DNA from: an uncultured virus (IMG/VR IMGVR_UViG_3300042898_001532) | Lineage: Duplodnaviria; Heunggongvirae; Uroviricota; Caudoviricetes | Length of the DNA stretch: 20,000 nt | Virus record (IMG/VR): IMGVR_UViG_3300042898_001532 | Span: 57,668-77,667 of that record | Strand: one strand, 5' to 3' | Shown: one piece after another, positions 9,101 through 16,756 of the stretch | Layout: every line of letters begins with the position of its first letter | How positions within the stretch are numbered: position 1 is the first letter of the stretch | Notes under the pieces: generated by a model | Told to the model about the DNA's origin: nothing | What the model saw: the letters and a program-made list of their open reading frames with translations, nothing else | Databases searched by the model: none | Program-made: the position numbers and the translations under genes

Positions 9101-10026
9101 TAGATGTAGATGAGATATGTCAAGCAACAATCAATCTCGCAAGAAAGAATTACGCAGACTTAATAGACGGTAAAGTTAAATTAGTGGGTAACTCTATTAA
9201 ATCTAAGAAGATGCCAACATACATCGCAGAATTTATCGATAAGGGTATTAGTCTATTATTAGATGGTGATGGGTATAGTTTTGTTAATGAATACTATGAA
9301 ACAGTAGAAATGATTTACAATCTAGAAATACCACTATCTAAGATTGCAAATAAAGCCAGAGTTAGAATTAGTGTAGAGGATTATAAAAAGAAGATGAAGA
9401 CTACTAATAAATCTGGTGGTGCAATGGCTACACAAGCACATATGGAACTTATAATTAATGAGAAGTTAAATGTAGATTTAGGTGAAACTATTTATTATGT
9501 TAATACAGGTTCTAAAAAATCACACGGTGATGTACAAAAGAAAACACATAAAAATCCAAAATATACGGCAAAAGATCTACAAATGCAAATCTCTTTCGAT
9601 GGTAAAGTTGCAAAGGACGCAGTATTCAACGAAGAAATTATTCTTAATTGTAAATTAATTCCTAATAATATTATAGAAAACGATCCAGATGCGACAGGTG
9701 AGTATAATGTTGATAGATATTTAGATGCTTTTAATAAAAGGGTTAAACCACTATTAGTTTGTTTTGACTCTTTAGTGAGAGATGAGATTTTAATATCTAA
9801 TCCTTCAGATAGAAAATACTATACGAGACAGGAATTAGAATTAACTTCAGGTCATCCATTTAAAGAAAGTGATCAAGATAAATTAAATGAACTATTAATC
9901 ATCACTGATGAAGAGTTGGAATTCTGGAATAGTATCGGAGTATCCCCTACTTATATGTTCGAAGATTACGGTGTTGAAGATGAATTCTCATATGACGTAA
10001 AAACCCAAAGGACGGTAATTCAATGA
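6112..10026 (+). CDS. polB: Family B DNA polymerase with 3'-5' exonuclease, intein-containing (about 945 aa after splicing)
   Basis: ExoI FDLETTG, ExoII GYNSENFD, motif A DFASLYPS, motif B KQLPLKILNNGMFG, and motif C VGD|TDG split by an intein. Confidence 0.95.
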   Translation: MPASVEEIREYLEGYDEQKYIVGIESSYRDNKIHLIVHDPENGKSIEKHRLKPFLWMKSPDMTIFYGGDRRTLKSKMREYKIKFIPLSTEDENGENVSRLENGYKFLVQCRGTYGDLLNFFKEGGMGVYDEEYRSNFLAISPTEQFLIQTGKRLFKGMEDYNEVHRLSFDLETTGLDPHVCRIFQIGVKDNRGFQHVLSIDGNDDESLDDRESEAIVTFFKIINHLKPSIISGYNSENFDWYFFVVRCEKLGINIEKIAKTLGPIPFYRKKQTLKMGPEMEYYEQTHMWGYNIMDVYHAVRRAQAINSSIKQAGLKYITKYSNAAKPNRVYVQGDKIGKTYADKENDYWLNEENGEWGIIKDNVLPEGITKLKGCDIVERYLIDDLWETEKVDDIFNQATYLLSKVLPTSFMRSSTMGTAATWKLLMLGWYYKNGVAIPHTLDNRRFIGGLSKLLEVGYSQNVVKFDFASLYPSIQLTHNVFTDCDVMGAMRGLLQYNYDYRNKYKELKNEYAEKGDKEKSEYYDKKQLPLKILNNGMFGSISAPNVFPWGDTDMGEKITCSARQYLRHMIRFFNSKGFKPLVGDSVTYDTPIYVRYKTDKQCIDIIPICDLFNENSEFLDNEKLRDFEEKQFEVLTRNGWKEIKYVYRHETDKNIHRITTKDRLLNVTEDHSLFQNGIEIKPSSLKRTDKIDIYELPFNNDPTIEINEEVAFLYGFFLGDGSSICSSRKQKYKSRKTGIVNYNKGKISDWKISNTRIELLEKLQQILKNEFSIEGIIKDHTKSSGVYNLVVHNSVFTKTFCENFYTSYREKKIPMIILNSTKEIKMSFINGVFNSDGYGDTIETCSDIGMKSQVVMSGISLLLKELDIEYKIKTRKDKQNFINFNLKNGNRNNSSFINKTKKKSDEVWKNETIINKDKNNYVYDISTEDGTFVCGIGGIIAHNTDGFNFSVPKDVDKYVYTSNGNHRFNKLGKTYKGMGAVVAEYNDKYMKGVMGLDVDEICQATINLARKNYADLIDGKVKLVGNSIKSKKMPTYIAEFIDKGISLLLDGDGYSFVNEYYETVEMIYNLEIPLSKIANKARVRISVEDYKKKMKTTNKSGGAMATQAHMELIINEKLNVDLGETIYYVNTGSKKSHGDVQKKTHKNPKYTAKDLQMQISFDGKVAKDAVFNEEIILNCKLIPNNIIENDPDATGEYNVDRYLDAFNKRVKPLLVCFDSLVRDEILISNPSDRKYYTRQELELTSGHPFKESDQDKLNELLIITDEELEFWNSIGVSPTYMFEDYGVEDEFSYDVKTQRTVIQ
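7867..8943 (+). mobile_element. Class 1 intein with LAGLIDADG homing endonuclease in polymerase motif C (aa 586-944, 359 aa)
   Basis: Starts SVTYDTP, block B VTEDHS, endonuclease motifs FLYGFFLGDG and FINGVFNSDG, block F VYDISTE, ends IAHN, with +1 Thr. Confidence 0.95.
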
Positions 10027-11133
10027 TTTATTTAGGTTTTCCGCCTCTAATGCTTTATTCTCTAATTGTTTAACATTAGATAATCTTTCTAATCTTAAAT
10101 CTAATTGTTCTAAAAGTTTAAGTTGTTCTTCTTTACCTTCATTAAGTAAACTATCGTAGTCCATAATAAGTTCTGCATCAGGTACTTTTAACGCTCCTTG
10201 AAACTTACCTCTAACCCTACCTAATGTTTCTTTAAATAAGGCAGTTAAATATCTCCTTACCCATATTCTAGTTGGTTCATTTAACTCTGAATATTGTATT
10301 TTATTTAAAGGTACATCATTAGGTAATTTAATAATGTCTGGGTTATCAGTTAAACATTGATTTCTATTATCATCTGTAACATCATAATAGTGATACCATA
10401 CTTTAGTACCTGCGAGTCCAATCTGACTATTTACTAATCCTGCACCTGCGAAAGACAATCTACTTCCTGGTATAGGCATAAGATGTAATAATCTAGTTCC
10501 ATTTGGTCCTGCGGTTACCTTATGACTTAATTCACTTCTAAGTAATTTAGACTTCAAACTAAAGTCTTGTGCTCTTAATAATACGTCAAATGCGGGAGCA
10601 ACATAAAAACCACCATTACCTAATCCACCACCTTGTCCCCAACCTGCGTATGGGACTTGTCCAAAACCACCACCAAAACCATAATCCCCAAATCCTGCAA
10701 ATGAATAGAGTGCATGATCAGTAGAGTTTGGTGTAATCCATAATACTTCATTAATCTCTCTACCTGCAGGTATTTGATATACTTGTTGGTTTTTAACTAT
10801 TGACACATAATCCTTTTTAAGTTCCCAAGGACCTCTTTGTTGTAACCCCACTTGTTTAGAATATGCATATGAAAAGTTACTTTCAAAATCTAATGATCTA
10901 GTAGTTAATGCGAATGCAATATCTACTTTGTCTGCCTCCTTACCTAAAACTGAAGACCATTGATTTTCAATTAACCAGTCTTGCACTCTTTGAGCGTAAT
11001 CTTCTATTGCGGTTTCTAAAAGGGAATTCATTTGATCCCAATCCAATTCAATTTTCCTAACAGGTGCACCTAATCTATGTCTGATTTGGTTAAATAGTTC
11101 TGTTTTTAAATTATCGTTTAAAGAATTCGCCAT
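9988..11133 (-). CDS. Neck/head-completion protein, T4 gp13-like, 381 aa
   Basis: N-terminal RLGAPVRKIELDWDQM…AIEDY and C-terminal WVRRYLTALFKETLG…LLNEGKEE resemble T4 gp13 (RLGAP…VEL…WVKDYATALAK). Confidence 0.8.
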   Translation of the reverse strand: MANSLNDNLKTELFNQIRHRLGAPVRKIELDWDQMNSLLETAIEDYAQRVQDWLIENQWSSVLGKEADKVDIAFALTTRSLDFESNFSYAYSKQVGLQQRGPWELKKDYVSIVKNQQVYQIPAGREINEVLWITPNSTDHALYSFAGFGDYGFGGGFGQVPYAGWGQGGGLGNGGFYVAPAFDVLLRAQDFSLKSKLLRSELSHKVTAGPNGTRLLHLMPIPGSRLSFAGAGLVNSQIGLAGTKVWYHYYDVTDDNRNQCLTDNPDIIKLPNDVPLNKIQYSELNEPTRIWVRRYLTALFKETLGRVRGKFQGALKVPDAELIMDYDSLLNEGKEEQLKLLEQLDLRLERLSNVKQLENKALEAENLNKSLNYRPLGFYVI

Positions 11134-11149
11134 ATTAATATGTTTATTT

Positions 11150-11169
11150 ATAAATATTGCAATATTTAT
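11150..11169. promoter_or_regulatory. Back-to-back ATATTTAT motifs forming a perfect 20-bp palindrome
   Basis: ATAAATATTGCAATATTTAT. The minus copy is 16 nt before ATG 11133 and the plus copy is 20 nt before ATG 11190. Confidence 0.65.
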
Positions 11170-11189
11170 TAAATGTAAAATAAAAATAT

Positions 11190-11561
11190 ATGAAAGAGGA
11201 GTTGATATTAAAATTTATAACACTACAACAACAATTTAGATTATTACATTGGCAAACTAAATCACATGCACAACATATCGCCTATGGCGATACTTACAAT
11301 TCATTAGAAGATCTAATAGATACTTTTATAGAAATTTATATGGGTAAGTACGGTAGAGTGGAGTTCACTAATGGGGAAGGTAATATAACACTTTTTAATT
11401 TATCTAATTTAGATTTAAATACATTTATTAAAGATAATATAAAATGGGTGAAAAGTTTAGGGGAAAAGTTAAATCAAACTAACGATACTGATTTATTAAA
11501 TGTCAAAGATGAAATTATGGCGTCATTAAATAAATTAAGATATCTATTAACTTTAAAATGA
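11190..11561 (+). CDS. Ferritin/Dps-like four-helix protein (DUF5856-like), 123 aa
   Basis: LHWQTKSHAQHIAYGDTY…DTFIE…GKYGR…DEI…KLRYLL matches the Dps-like HW…H…D…E pattern seen in phage homologues. Confidence 0.7.
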   Translation: MKEELILKFITLQQQFRLLHWQTKSHAQHIAYGDTYNSLEDLIDTFIEIYMGKYGRVEFTNGEGNITLFNLSNLDLNTFIKDNIKWVKSLGEKLNQTNDTDLLNVKDEIMASLNKLRYLLTLK

Positions 11562-11971
11562 TGAAAAATATAATCAGAAAAATTTTAAAAGAAGAAACTA
11601 GCCATAGTTATAAAGAATTGGGTAACCCTAATGGTTTTGAGGGTACCGATGTATATGACACAAAAGATGAAATTGCTATAGGACTATCAATAAAGGCATT
11701 AAATCATTTAAATTCCGCACTTAGAGATATTGAATCTGCATTAGAAAATGTAGAAAATGAAAACATTAGACGTGTTTTGGAAAAAGTTAAATCTATGTTG
11801 ATTGTAGACTATGGTATACAAGGTGCTTTCGAACAATCAATATCAAATGGTAAACGACATAATACAATAATTAAAATGTTGAGTGATGTCATCGGTAAAA
11901 ACAGTAATAACAACTGGAACTTTAATCTAAATGGTGGGCACGAACCTAAAGCCCCTGAAGGTGTTTTTTAA
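11558..11971 (+). CDS. Hypothetical protein, 137 aa
   Basis: ATGA overlap with the upstream stop codon. N-terminal MKNIIRKILKEE and a helical core. Confidence 0.7.
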   Translation: MMKNIIRKILKEETSHSYKELGNPNGFEGTDVYDTKDEIAIGLSIKALNHLNSALRDIESALENVENENIRRVLEKVKSMLIVDYGIQGAFEQSISNGKRHNTIIKMLSDVIGKNSNNNWNFNLNGGHEPKAPEGVF

Positions 11972-12203
11972 CTAATTCTACCGCCTCATTTATTGTCTGA
12001 AATGATTTTTCAGGTAAAAACGCAGTTTTTTCAATTAAAATTGCCGGTAAATATTCGTTATTTACTTTCTTAGAGAATTTTTCATATAGTTCTTCGTGTT
12101 TATCAACATCTAACTCAATAAAATCAATATTATTTTCTTGTAATTGATTTTTTAAGTTGTCGCAATGTGGACATCCTTTCATTGAAAATACTTTAACTTT
12201 CAT
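11946..12203 (-). CDS. Glutaredoxin (NrdH-like), 85 aa
   Basis: KVFSMKGCPHC (CxxC) plus a cis-Pro region YLPAILI, at thioredoxin-fold size. Confidence 0.85.
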   Translation of the reverse strand: MKVKVFSMKGCPHCDNLKNQLQENNIDFIELDVDKHEELYEKFSKKVNNEYLPAILIEKTAFLPEKSFQTINEAVELVKKHLQGL

Positions 12204-15200
12204 CTTCTATTTTATTTATAAATTCATTTATTATGTCATCTTCACCCATAATGGTTCCAATAATCTTTTTCTTTTCATTTAGTATATCCCATACTAAAGT
12301 ATCAATAGTATTATACATTAACATATAATAAATATTAACAGTTTCCTTTTGCCCTATTCTATAACAATTATGTACGTTATAGATACCAACCACAAAGGAA
12401 TTATCATCTTCTACCGATAAATCATAAACTCTTTCTTCAGACTTTTTAGGTTTACTTATATTAATACTTTTAATTGGGTATGTTATATATCCATCTAATA
12501 GTTTTATCCTTTTATTTTTTACTTCATCTAAACTATATTCAATACTATAATTATTCTCACCTTTATTCGATAATGAAATTGGTCTACCTAAATTACAATT
12601 ATATCTAATTAACTGAGATATTAATTTAATCGAAGAAGTTGTTGCTTGTTGAGTATTTTTCCTCCTATAACCATCCCCATGATAATACCCTTTTAGTAAA
12701 CTATCTAATTGTTCTTCATTTAACTCATCAACCCAAATAGGTAATTGTTTTTCATATACTATCCCACCAAACCAATCTTTAAAATTATATGCAAGCTCTT
12801 TAGAATGTATTGTACATGATTTGACATTTTTAGTATCGACATGGGTACTATGTTTTTCAATACCAAAACTTTCTTTAATAATTTTAATAATATATTCAGA
12901 AGCATCATACATTTTAGAGTTAGTGATTTTTTGACATATGTTAACGGTTGATGATTTAATGTCCGAAATAACTGTCCACCCTTCAGCAATGAAGAAACCA
13001 AAAGCATATAATAAATCATTTGTTAATTCTACTTTTTCTGGTAAGTTGACTAATCTTCCGTTAGTCTGTTCGACATTAAAATTATTTTTAAATGTGTTAG
13101 AAACGTATGAGTTAACATTTAAATATTTTTTTCTTTCTAATGGTTGTTTAACCGATTTAATTGTTAAAAAATGATTCCTAATATTGATGTCTTTTGCTTC
13201 TATCCACTTAAAAGAGTCTTCTTTATTATCATAGACATATAATTTATGATCTTCTGTAACGGATAATACATCATTATAACCAAACGCATTTATATCATAT
13301 CTTAATTTTTTACGTTCTAAATGGCTACTTTTACCGATAACCGGTTTAAAATTACCTTTATGTGTATATACAAAATCACCAATATTAATATCCTCAATTA
13401 CTTTATATCCATTTTCAGTTAACACCCATTGACCACCAAAAATACACCTATCTTCCGCTTGTTCGTGATTTCCAGGAACCCAATCTAATGAGTTCATAAT
13501 AACAATTTCTGCCTTAGTTAGAGTTAATCCCACACCTGCCGCCTTAATTTGCCCAATAAATACTTTACAGCTATCATCTTCTTGAAATCTATCTACAGAT
13601 AATTGTTTTTGTTTATCAGACATACCACCTCTAACACATACCGCCTTATTACCGAAGTGTCTGTTAAATGCATCCATCTCATCATTAAAGTTACAAAATA
13701 TAATAACTTTTTTATTTAACTCTAACGCTTCTTCCACCTTTTCTATCGAATAGGGTACTGTTTCCATCGCAATAAAAGTCCTAAGTAATGTCATCTCCAC
13801 AAGGTCTTTTGCTGGATTCCCCTTTTTCCCCTCTAAACGTCTTTTTTCTAAATAATTTTCCCAAACTGATTTATACTCATCTACATTTTGTAATTCCAAA
13901 TAAACTGGAGTTATTAACTTAGGCGGTAAATCTAAGACATCTTCTTTTTTTCTTCTTAATATTGTTCTTTTTGTTTTAGACGATAACTCATCTAAATTAG
14001 ATGCCCCTTTAGTGACCCATACATATTTACCACCCTTTCTAAATCTCATACCTTCACAATAAGTTTTAGCGTAGTGAACCCAATTGTTTGTTATTGGTGA
14101 ATCAATAATAGATAATAAATTATAGTAATCCATAGGTCTATTTGCGATAGGTGTGCCAGTTAATAACCATACTCTTTCACATGAAAAATTCTTAGATAAA
14201 TCTTTTAATATTGCACCTCTGTTTGATTTGTGATTTTTAACATAATGCGCTTCATCTAATATTAATAGATCGGGATTGAAGTCTGCAATTTCTCTCCTCA
14301 ATTCCCACTCTTCGTATTCTTTATTTTTTTCTTTAACTGTATGGAAATTTTTGAGGATATCATAGTTAATGATTGTGAATCTCGCAGGATCCCAATAAGA
14401 TCCTGTAATTATTGATACATCATCACAAAAATTTTGTACTTCCCTCATCCAATTTATTTTGAGTGATGAAGGACAAATTATTAAAACTCTTTCTGCGTTA
14501 CATTCTAATGCTGCGACTATGGATTGGTATGTGTTGTGAGTTACTATACCATGTTCTGTAACATATAAGTGATCTTCTGCTGCAACTTGAATACATACCG
14601 CCTCACCCTGTTTTTCTAATTTTATATCTTTTATATATCTACCTATCTTATATTTTTTCGGTGGATTATATTCGTCAGATTTTCTTTTAAGTCTGAAAGG
14701 ATTCATACCTTCAGGTAATTTTATATTAAGTCTATAGTTTATTCTACCCTTTACTATAGTACCGTCTTCTTTTTTGTAAGATCCAACCCTACTTTTTTTT
14801 CTAACAATTCCACCTAAAGAATGTACTATTTCGGCAACATCATCGGCTAATTTTTCAGACACTGTTGAGTATTCTGTCCCAGTAAAATTACCGTTTTTTG
14901 ATTTCATACAGTGACCATCAGTATCCATAAGTCCTTGTAGAATAGAGAGTCTATCCTCTATTGAGGAATATTTATAGATATCAGGAATAAATTTAGAGTA
15001 TGATAATTTACCATTTAAACCTAATGATGTAATTTCTTTTTTAATGGTATTAATTAAATTGATTCTATTACCATTTTGTTCTTTACCCTCATTAATAAAT
15101 TGATTAGTAAATATTTCATCAAAATCATTTCCGTCTAATAAAATTCTAATATAACCTGAATTAGATATATGGTCATCACCAATGATAACACCTAACAAAT

Positions 15201-16176
15201 ATGGGTCAATAGGTAATTTATCATCATTACTAAATTGGATTGTCTTCACTATAGGTATTTGCCACTTATTTTGACCATTATTAGTTTTATAATAAGTTTT
15301 AAATTTATAAGATCTTTTTTTATTCCACCCTTTACCATACTGTTCTAACTCTAATTTTTCATCAATCATTTGTTCAACACTTAGTGTGTGATACTTATTT
15401 TCTTTATTTTTAGAGTTTTCTCCACTATTATTACTACTTACAGTCCATAAATGTTCTTTACAACATAACGTAGAATACCCATCATTAAATGTTACCCTAT
15501 ATAAATCCTTAACCCCTTGTGGGTATACCGCCTCAACTAAAGTAGGTTTTCCATCAGAACCGATAACATAATCACCTGATTTTATATTACCTATTTTTTC
15601 TCTTCCATAGGGTGTAAATACTTCAGAATTAACACACTGGGCTTTACCTAAACCCATGTCGTCCGCCAAAATACACTTTTTCTTCTTCATTAAGAACTTA
15701 ATCCCATCCTCTTGATGTTTAAATGCCTTCCACCCTCTTTTATCTAATTTTTGATACTTATCAAAATCAATATCGATTTCTAATTCTTCATAATGAATAT
15801 CATCTAATATTTGTGTTTTAGGTATCCATAATAATTTAACATCCTTTTGGTTTTTATATAACTTACATATAACGTGTATCGCTTTCTCCGATTCCGCCAA
15901 TAAAGTTTCTAGAAATATTTTTTTAGGTGTTATTTTTAATTTGTGTTCTTCTTGTAATTCTTCAGAAAAATAATTAGTTAATTCTATAACTTTATTTAAT
16001 ACCTTTGGTTCAAAGGTAAAATAATTTTTTACATAGTTTGACTGATTATTAGTAAGAAAATATTTTTTTTCGGTTTCTTTTTTTTTGCGCATGTAGTTAA
16101 TATAAGGGTTTTTACCCTCATATGTCATAAGTAAATCTTCACTATCGAGATTTTTAATATCCTTAACATCCAACAT
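12193..16176 (-). CDS. SNF2-family helicase/translocase with two inteins (about 597 aa after splicing)
   Basis: Motif I LADDMGLGK|T, Ia IICPSSLKINW, II LILDEAH, III LTGTPIANRP, V AAGVGLTL, VI QAEDR|CYRIGQ. Confidence 0.95.
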   Translation of the reverse strand: MLDVKDIKNLDSEDLLMTYEGKNPYINYMRKKKETEKKYFLTNNQSNYVKNYFTFEPKVLNKVIELTNYFSEELQEEHKLKITPKKIFLETLLAESEKAIHVICKLYKNQKDVKLLWIPKTQILDDIHYEELEIDIDFDKYQKLDKRGWKAFKHQEDGIKFLMKKKKCILADDMGLGKAQCVNSEVFTPYGREKIGNIKSGDYVIGSDGKPTLVEAVYPQGVKDLYRVTFNDGYSTLCCKEHLWTVSSNNSGENSKNKENKYHTLSVEQMIDEKLELEQYGKGWNKKRSYKFKTYYKTNNGQNKWQIPIVKTIQFSNDDKLPIDPYLLGVIIGDDHISNSGYIRILLDGNDFDEIFTNQFINEGKEQNGNRINLINTIKKEITSLGLNGKLSYSKFIPDIYKYSSIEDRLSILQGLMDTDGHCMKSKNGNFTGTEYSTVSEKLADDVAEIVHSLGGIVRKKSRVGSYKKEDGTIVKGRINYRLNIKLPEGMNPFRLKRKSDEYNPPKKYKIGRYIKDIKLEKQGEAVCIQVAAEDHLYVTEHGIVTHNTYQSIVAALECNAERVLIICPSSLKINWMREVQNFCDDVSIITGSYWDPARFTIINYDILKNFHTVKEKNKEYEEWELRREIADFNPDLLILDEAHYVKNHKSNRGAILKDLSKNFSCERVWLLTGTPIANRPMDYYNLLSIIDSPITNNWVHYAKTYCEGMRFRKGGKYVWVTKGASNLDELSSKTKRTILRRKKEDVLDLPPKLITPVYLELQNVDEYKSVWENYLEKRRLEGKKGNPAKDLVEMTLLRTFIAMETVPYSIEKVEEALELNKKVIIFCNFNDEMDAFNRHFGNKAVCVRGGMSDKQKQLSVDRFQEDDSCKVFIGQIKAAGVGLTLTKAEIVIMNSLDWVPGNHEQAEDRCIFGGQWVLTENGYKVIEDINIGDFVYTHKGNFKPVIGKSSHLERKKLRYDINAFGYNDVLSVTEDHKLYVYDNKEDSFKWIEAKDINIRNHFLTIKSVKQPLERKKYLNVNSYVSNTFKNNFNVEQTNGRLVNLPEKVELTNDLLYAFGFFIAEGWTVISDIKSSTVNICQKITNSKMYDASEYIIKIIKESFGIEKHSTHVDTKNVKSCTIHSKELAYNFKDWFGGIVYEKQLPIWVDELNEEQLDSLLKGYYHGDGYRRKNTQQATTSSIKLISQLIRYNCNLGRPISLSNKGENNYSIEYSLDEVKNKRIKLLDGYITYPIKSINISKPKKSEERVYDLSVEDDNSFVVGIYNVHNCYRIGQKETVNIYYMLMYNTIDTLVWDILNEKKKIIGTIMGEDDIINEFINKIEDES
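12367..13446 (-). mobile_element. Class 1 intein with LAGLIDADG endonuclease in helicase motif VI (aa 911-1270, 360 aa)
   Basis: Starts CIFGGQWV, block B VTEDHK, motifs YAFGFFIAEG and LLKGYYHGDG, block F VYDLSVED, ends VHN, with +1 Cys. Confidence 0.95.
14533..15642 (-). mobile_element. Class 3 intein (Ala1, WCT signature) with a LAGLIDADG domain in helicase Walker A (aa 179-548, 370 aa)
   Basis: Starts AQCVNSEV. Block B CCKEHLW (Trp), block F AVCIQV (Cys), block G IVTHN (Thr), +1 Thr. Endonuclease motifs LLGVIIGDD and LQGLMDTDG. Confidence 0.9.
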
Positions 16177-16207
16177 AATTACAATAATAAGGATTTTTTT
16201 CTTAAAA

Positions 16208-16219
16208 ATAAATATTTAT
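16208..16219 (+). promoter_or_regulatory. ATATTTAT motif within the palindrome ATAAATATTTAT, putative late promoter
   Basis: The plus copy at 16212-16219 is 13 nt before ATG 16233. Confidence 0.55.
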
Positions 16220-16232
16220 CTATAAAAGATAT

Positions 16233-16754
16233 ATGACACAACCAAAAAGAGTACCGATTGAGAGGTTAAATAAGTTTTACTCTCAAGAAGATTTTGAGTT
16301 AGACATCGATTTTGGTAGGGAATGGTTAGAGGGTGACATTAACATTAAAGTTATTCTCTATAGGGTAGACAGGACTGAAACCACCAATGACGATATATAT
16401 GGTGAAACAGGTAAGGGTGAGATAAGATTTAAACCACCTATAGAAATTCCTGTGAATTTTAATTACGCAGCACCAACAAACAAAAACTACAACTCTGATG
16501 GTTCATTGAGATATTTAGAGAGAGGTAATATTACTATAGGTGTATATCAAGATCAATTAGATGAATTAGGTATTGATATTAGTTATGGTGATTATATTGG
16601 TTATCCTGAAACAGAAACAAAGACAAACTACTTTACTGTTTCTAATGATGGTAAAATATTTGCGGATAACGCACATACAATAGTAGGGTATAAAGGGTTC
16701 TATAGAACTATTACTTGTGTACCTACTGATTTAGATGAATTTGACGGAAGATAA
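16233..16754 (+). CDS. Head-closure/neck protein, T4 gp14-like, 173 aa
   Basis: KVILYRVD…DDIYGE…F..P.EI resembles gp14-family 'YY.PR…D.IFGED..KF'. It lies directly before a gp15-like gene. Confidence 0.55.
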   Translation: MTQPKRVPIERLNKFYSQEDFELDIDFGREWLEGDINIKVILYRVDRTETTNDDIYGETGKGEIRFKPPIEIPVNFNYAAPTNKNYNSDGSLRYLERGNITIGVYQDQLDELGIDISYGDYIGYPETETKTNYFTVSNDGKIFADNAHTIVGYKGFYRTITCVPTDLDEFDGR

Positions 16755-16756
16755 TT

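Noticed and set aside
12759..13174. ORFs 12759..13019 (-) and 12938..13174 (+)
   Set aside because: Alternative-frame and antisense ORFs inside the second helicase intein, whose main frame has intact motifs.
6112..16176. Archaeal or eukaryotic giant-virus origin (PolB, SNF2 and inteins)
   Set aside because: T4-like neck proteins, a bacterial intrinsic terminator, operon packing and a Bacteroidota-type promoter favour a tailed bacteriophage.
16182..16189. TATTATTG on the minus strand upstream of the helicase as a Bacteroidota -7 box
   Set aside because: One mismatch, no clear -33 element and only 5 nt from the ATG. Too weak to call.
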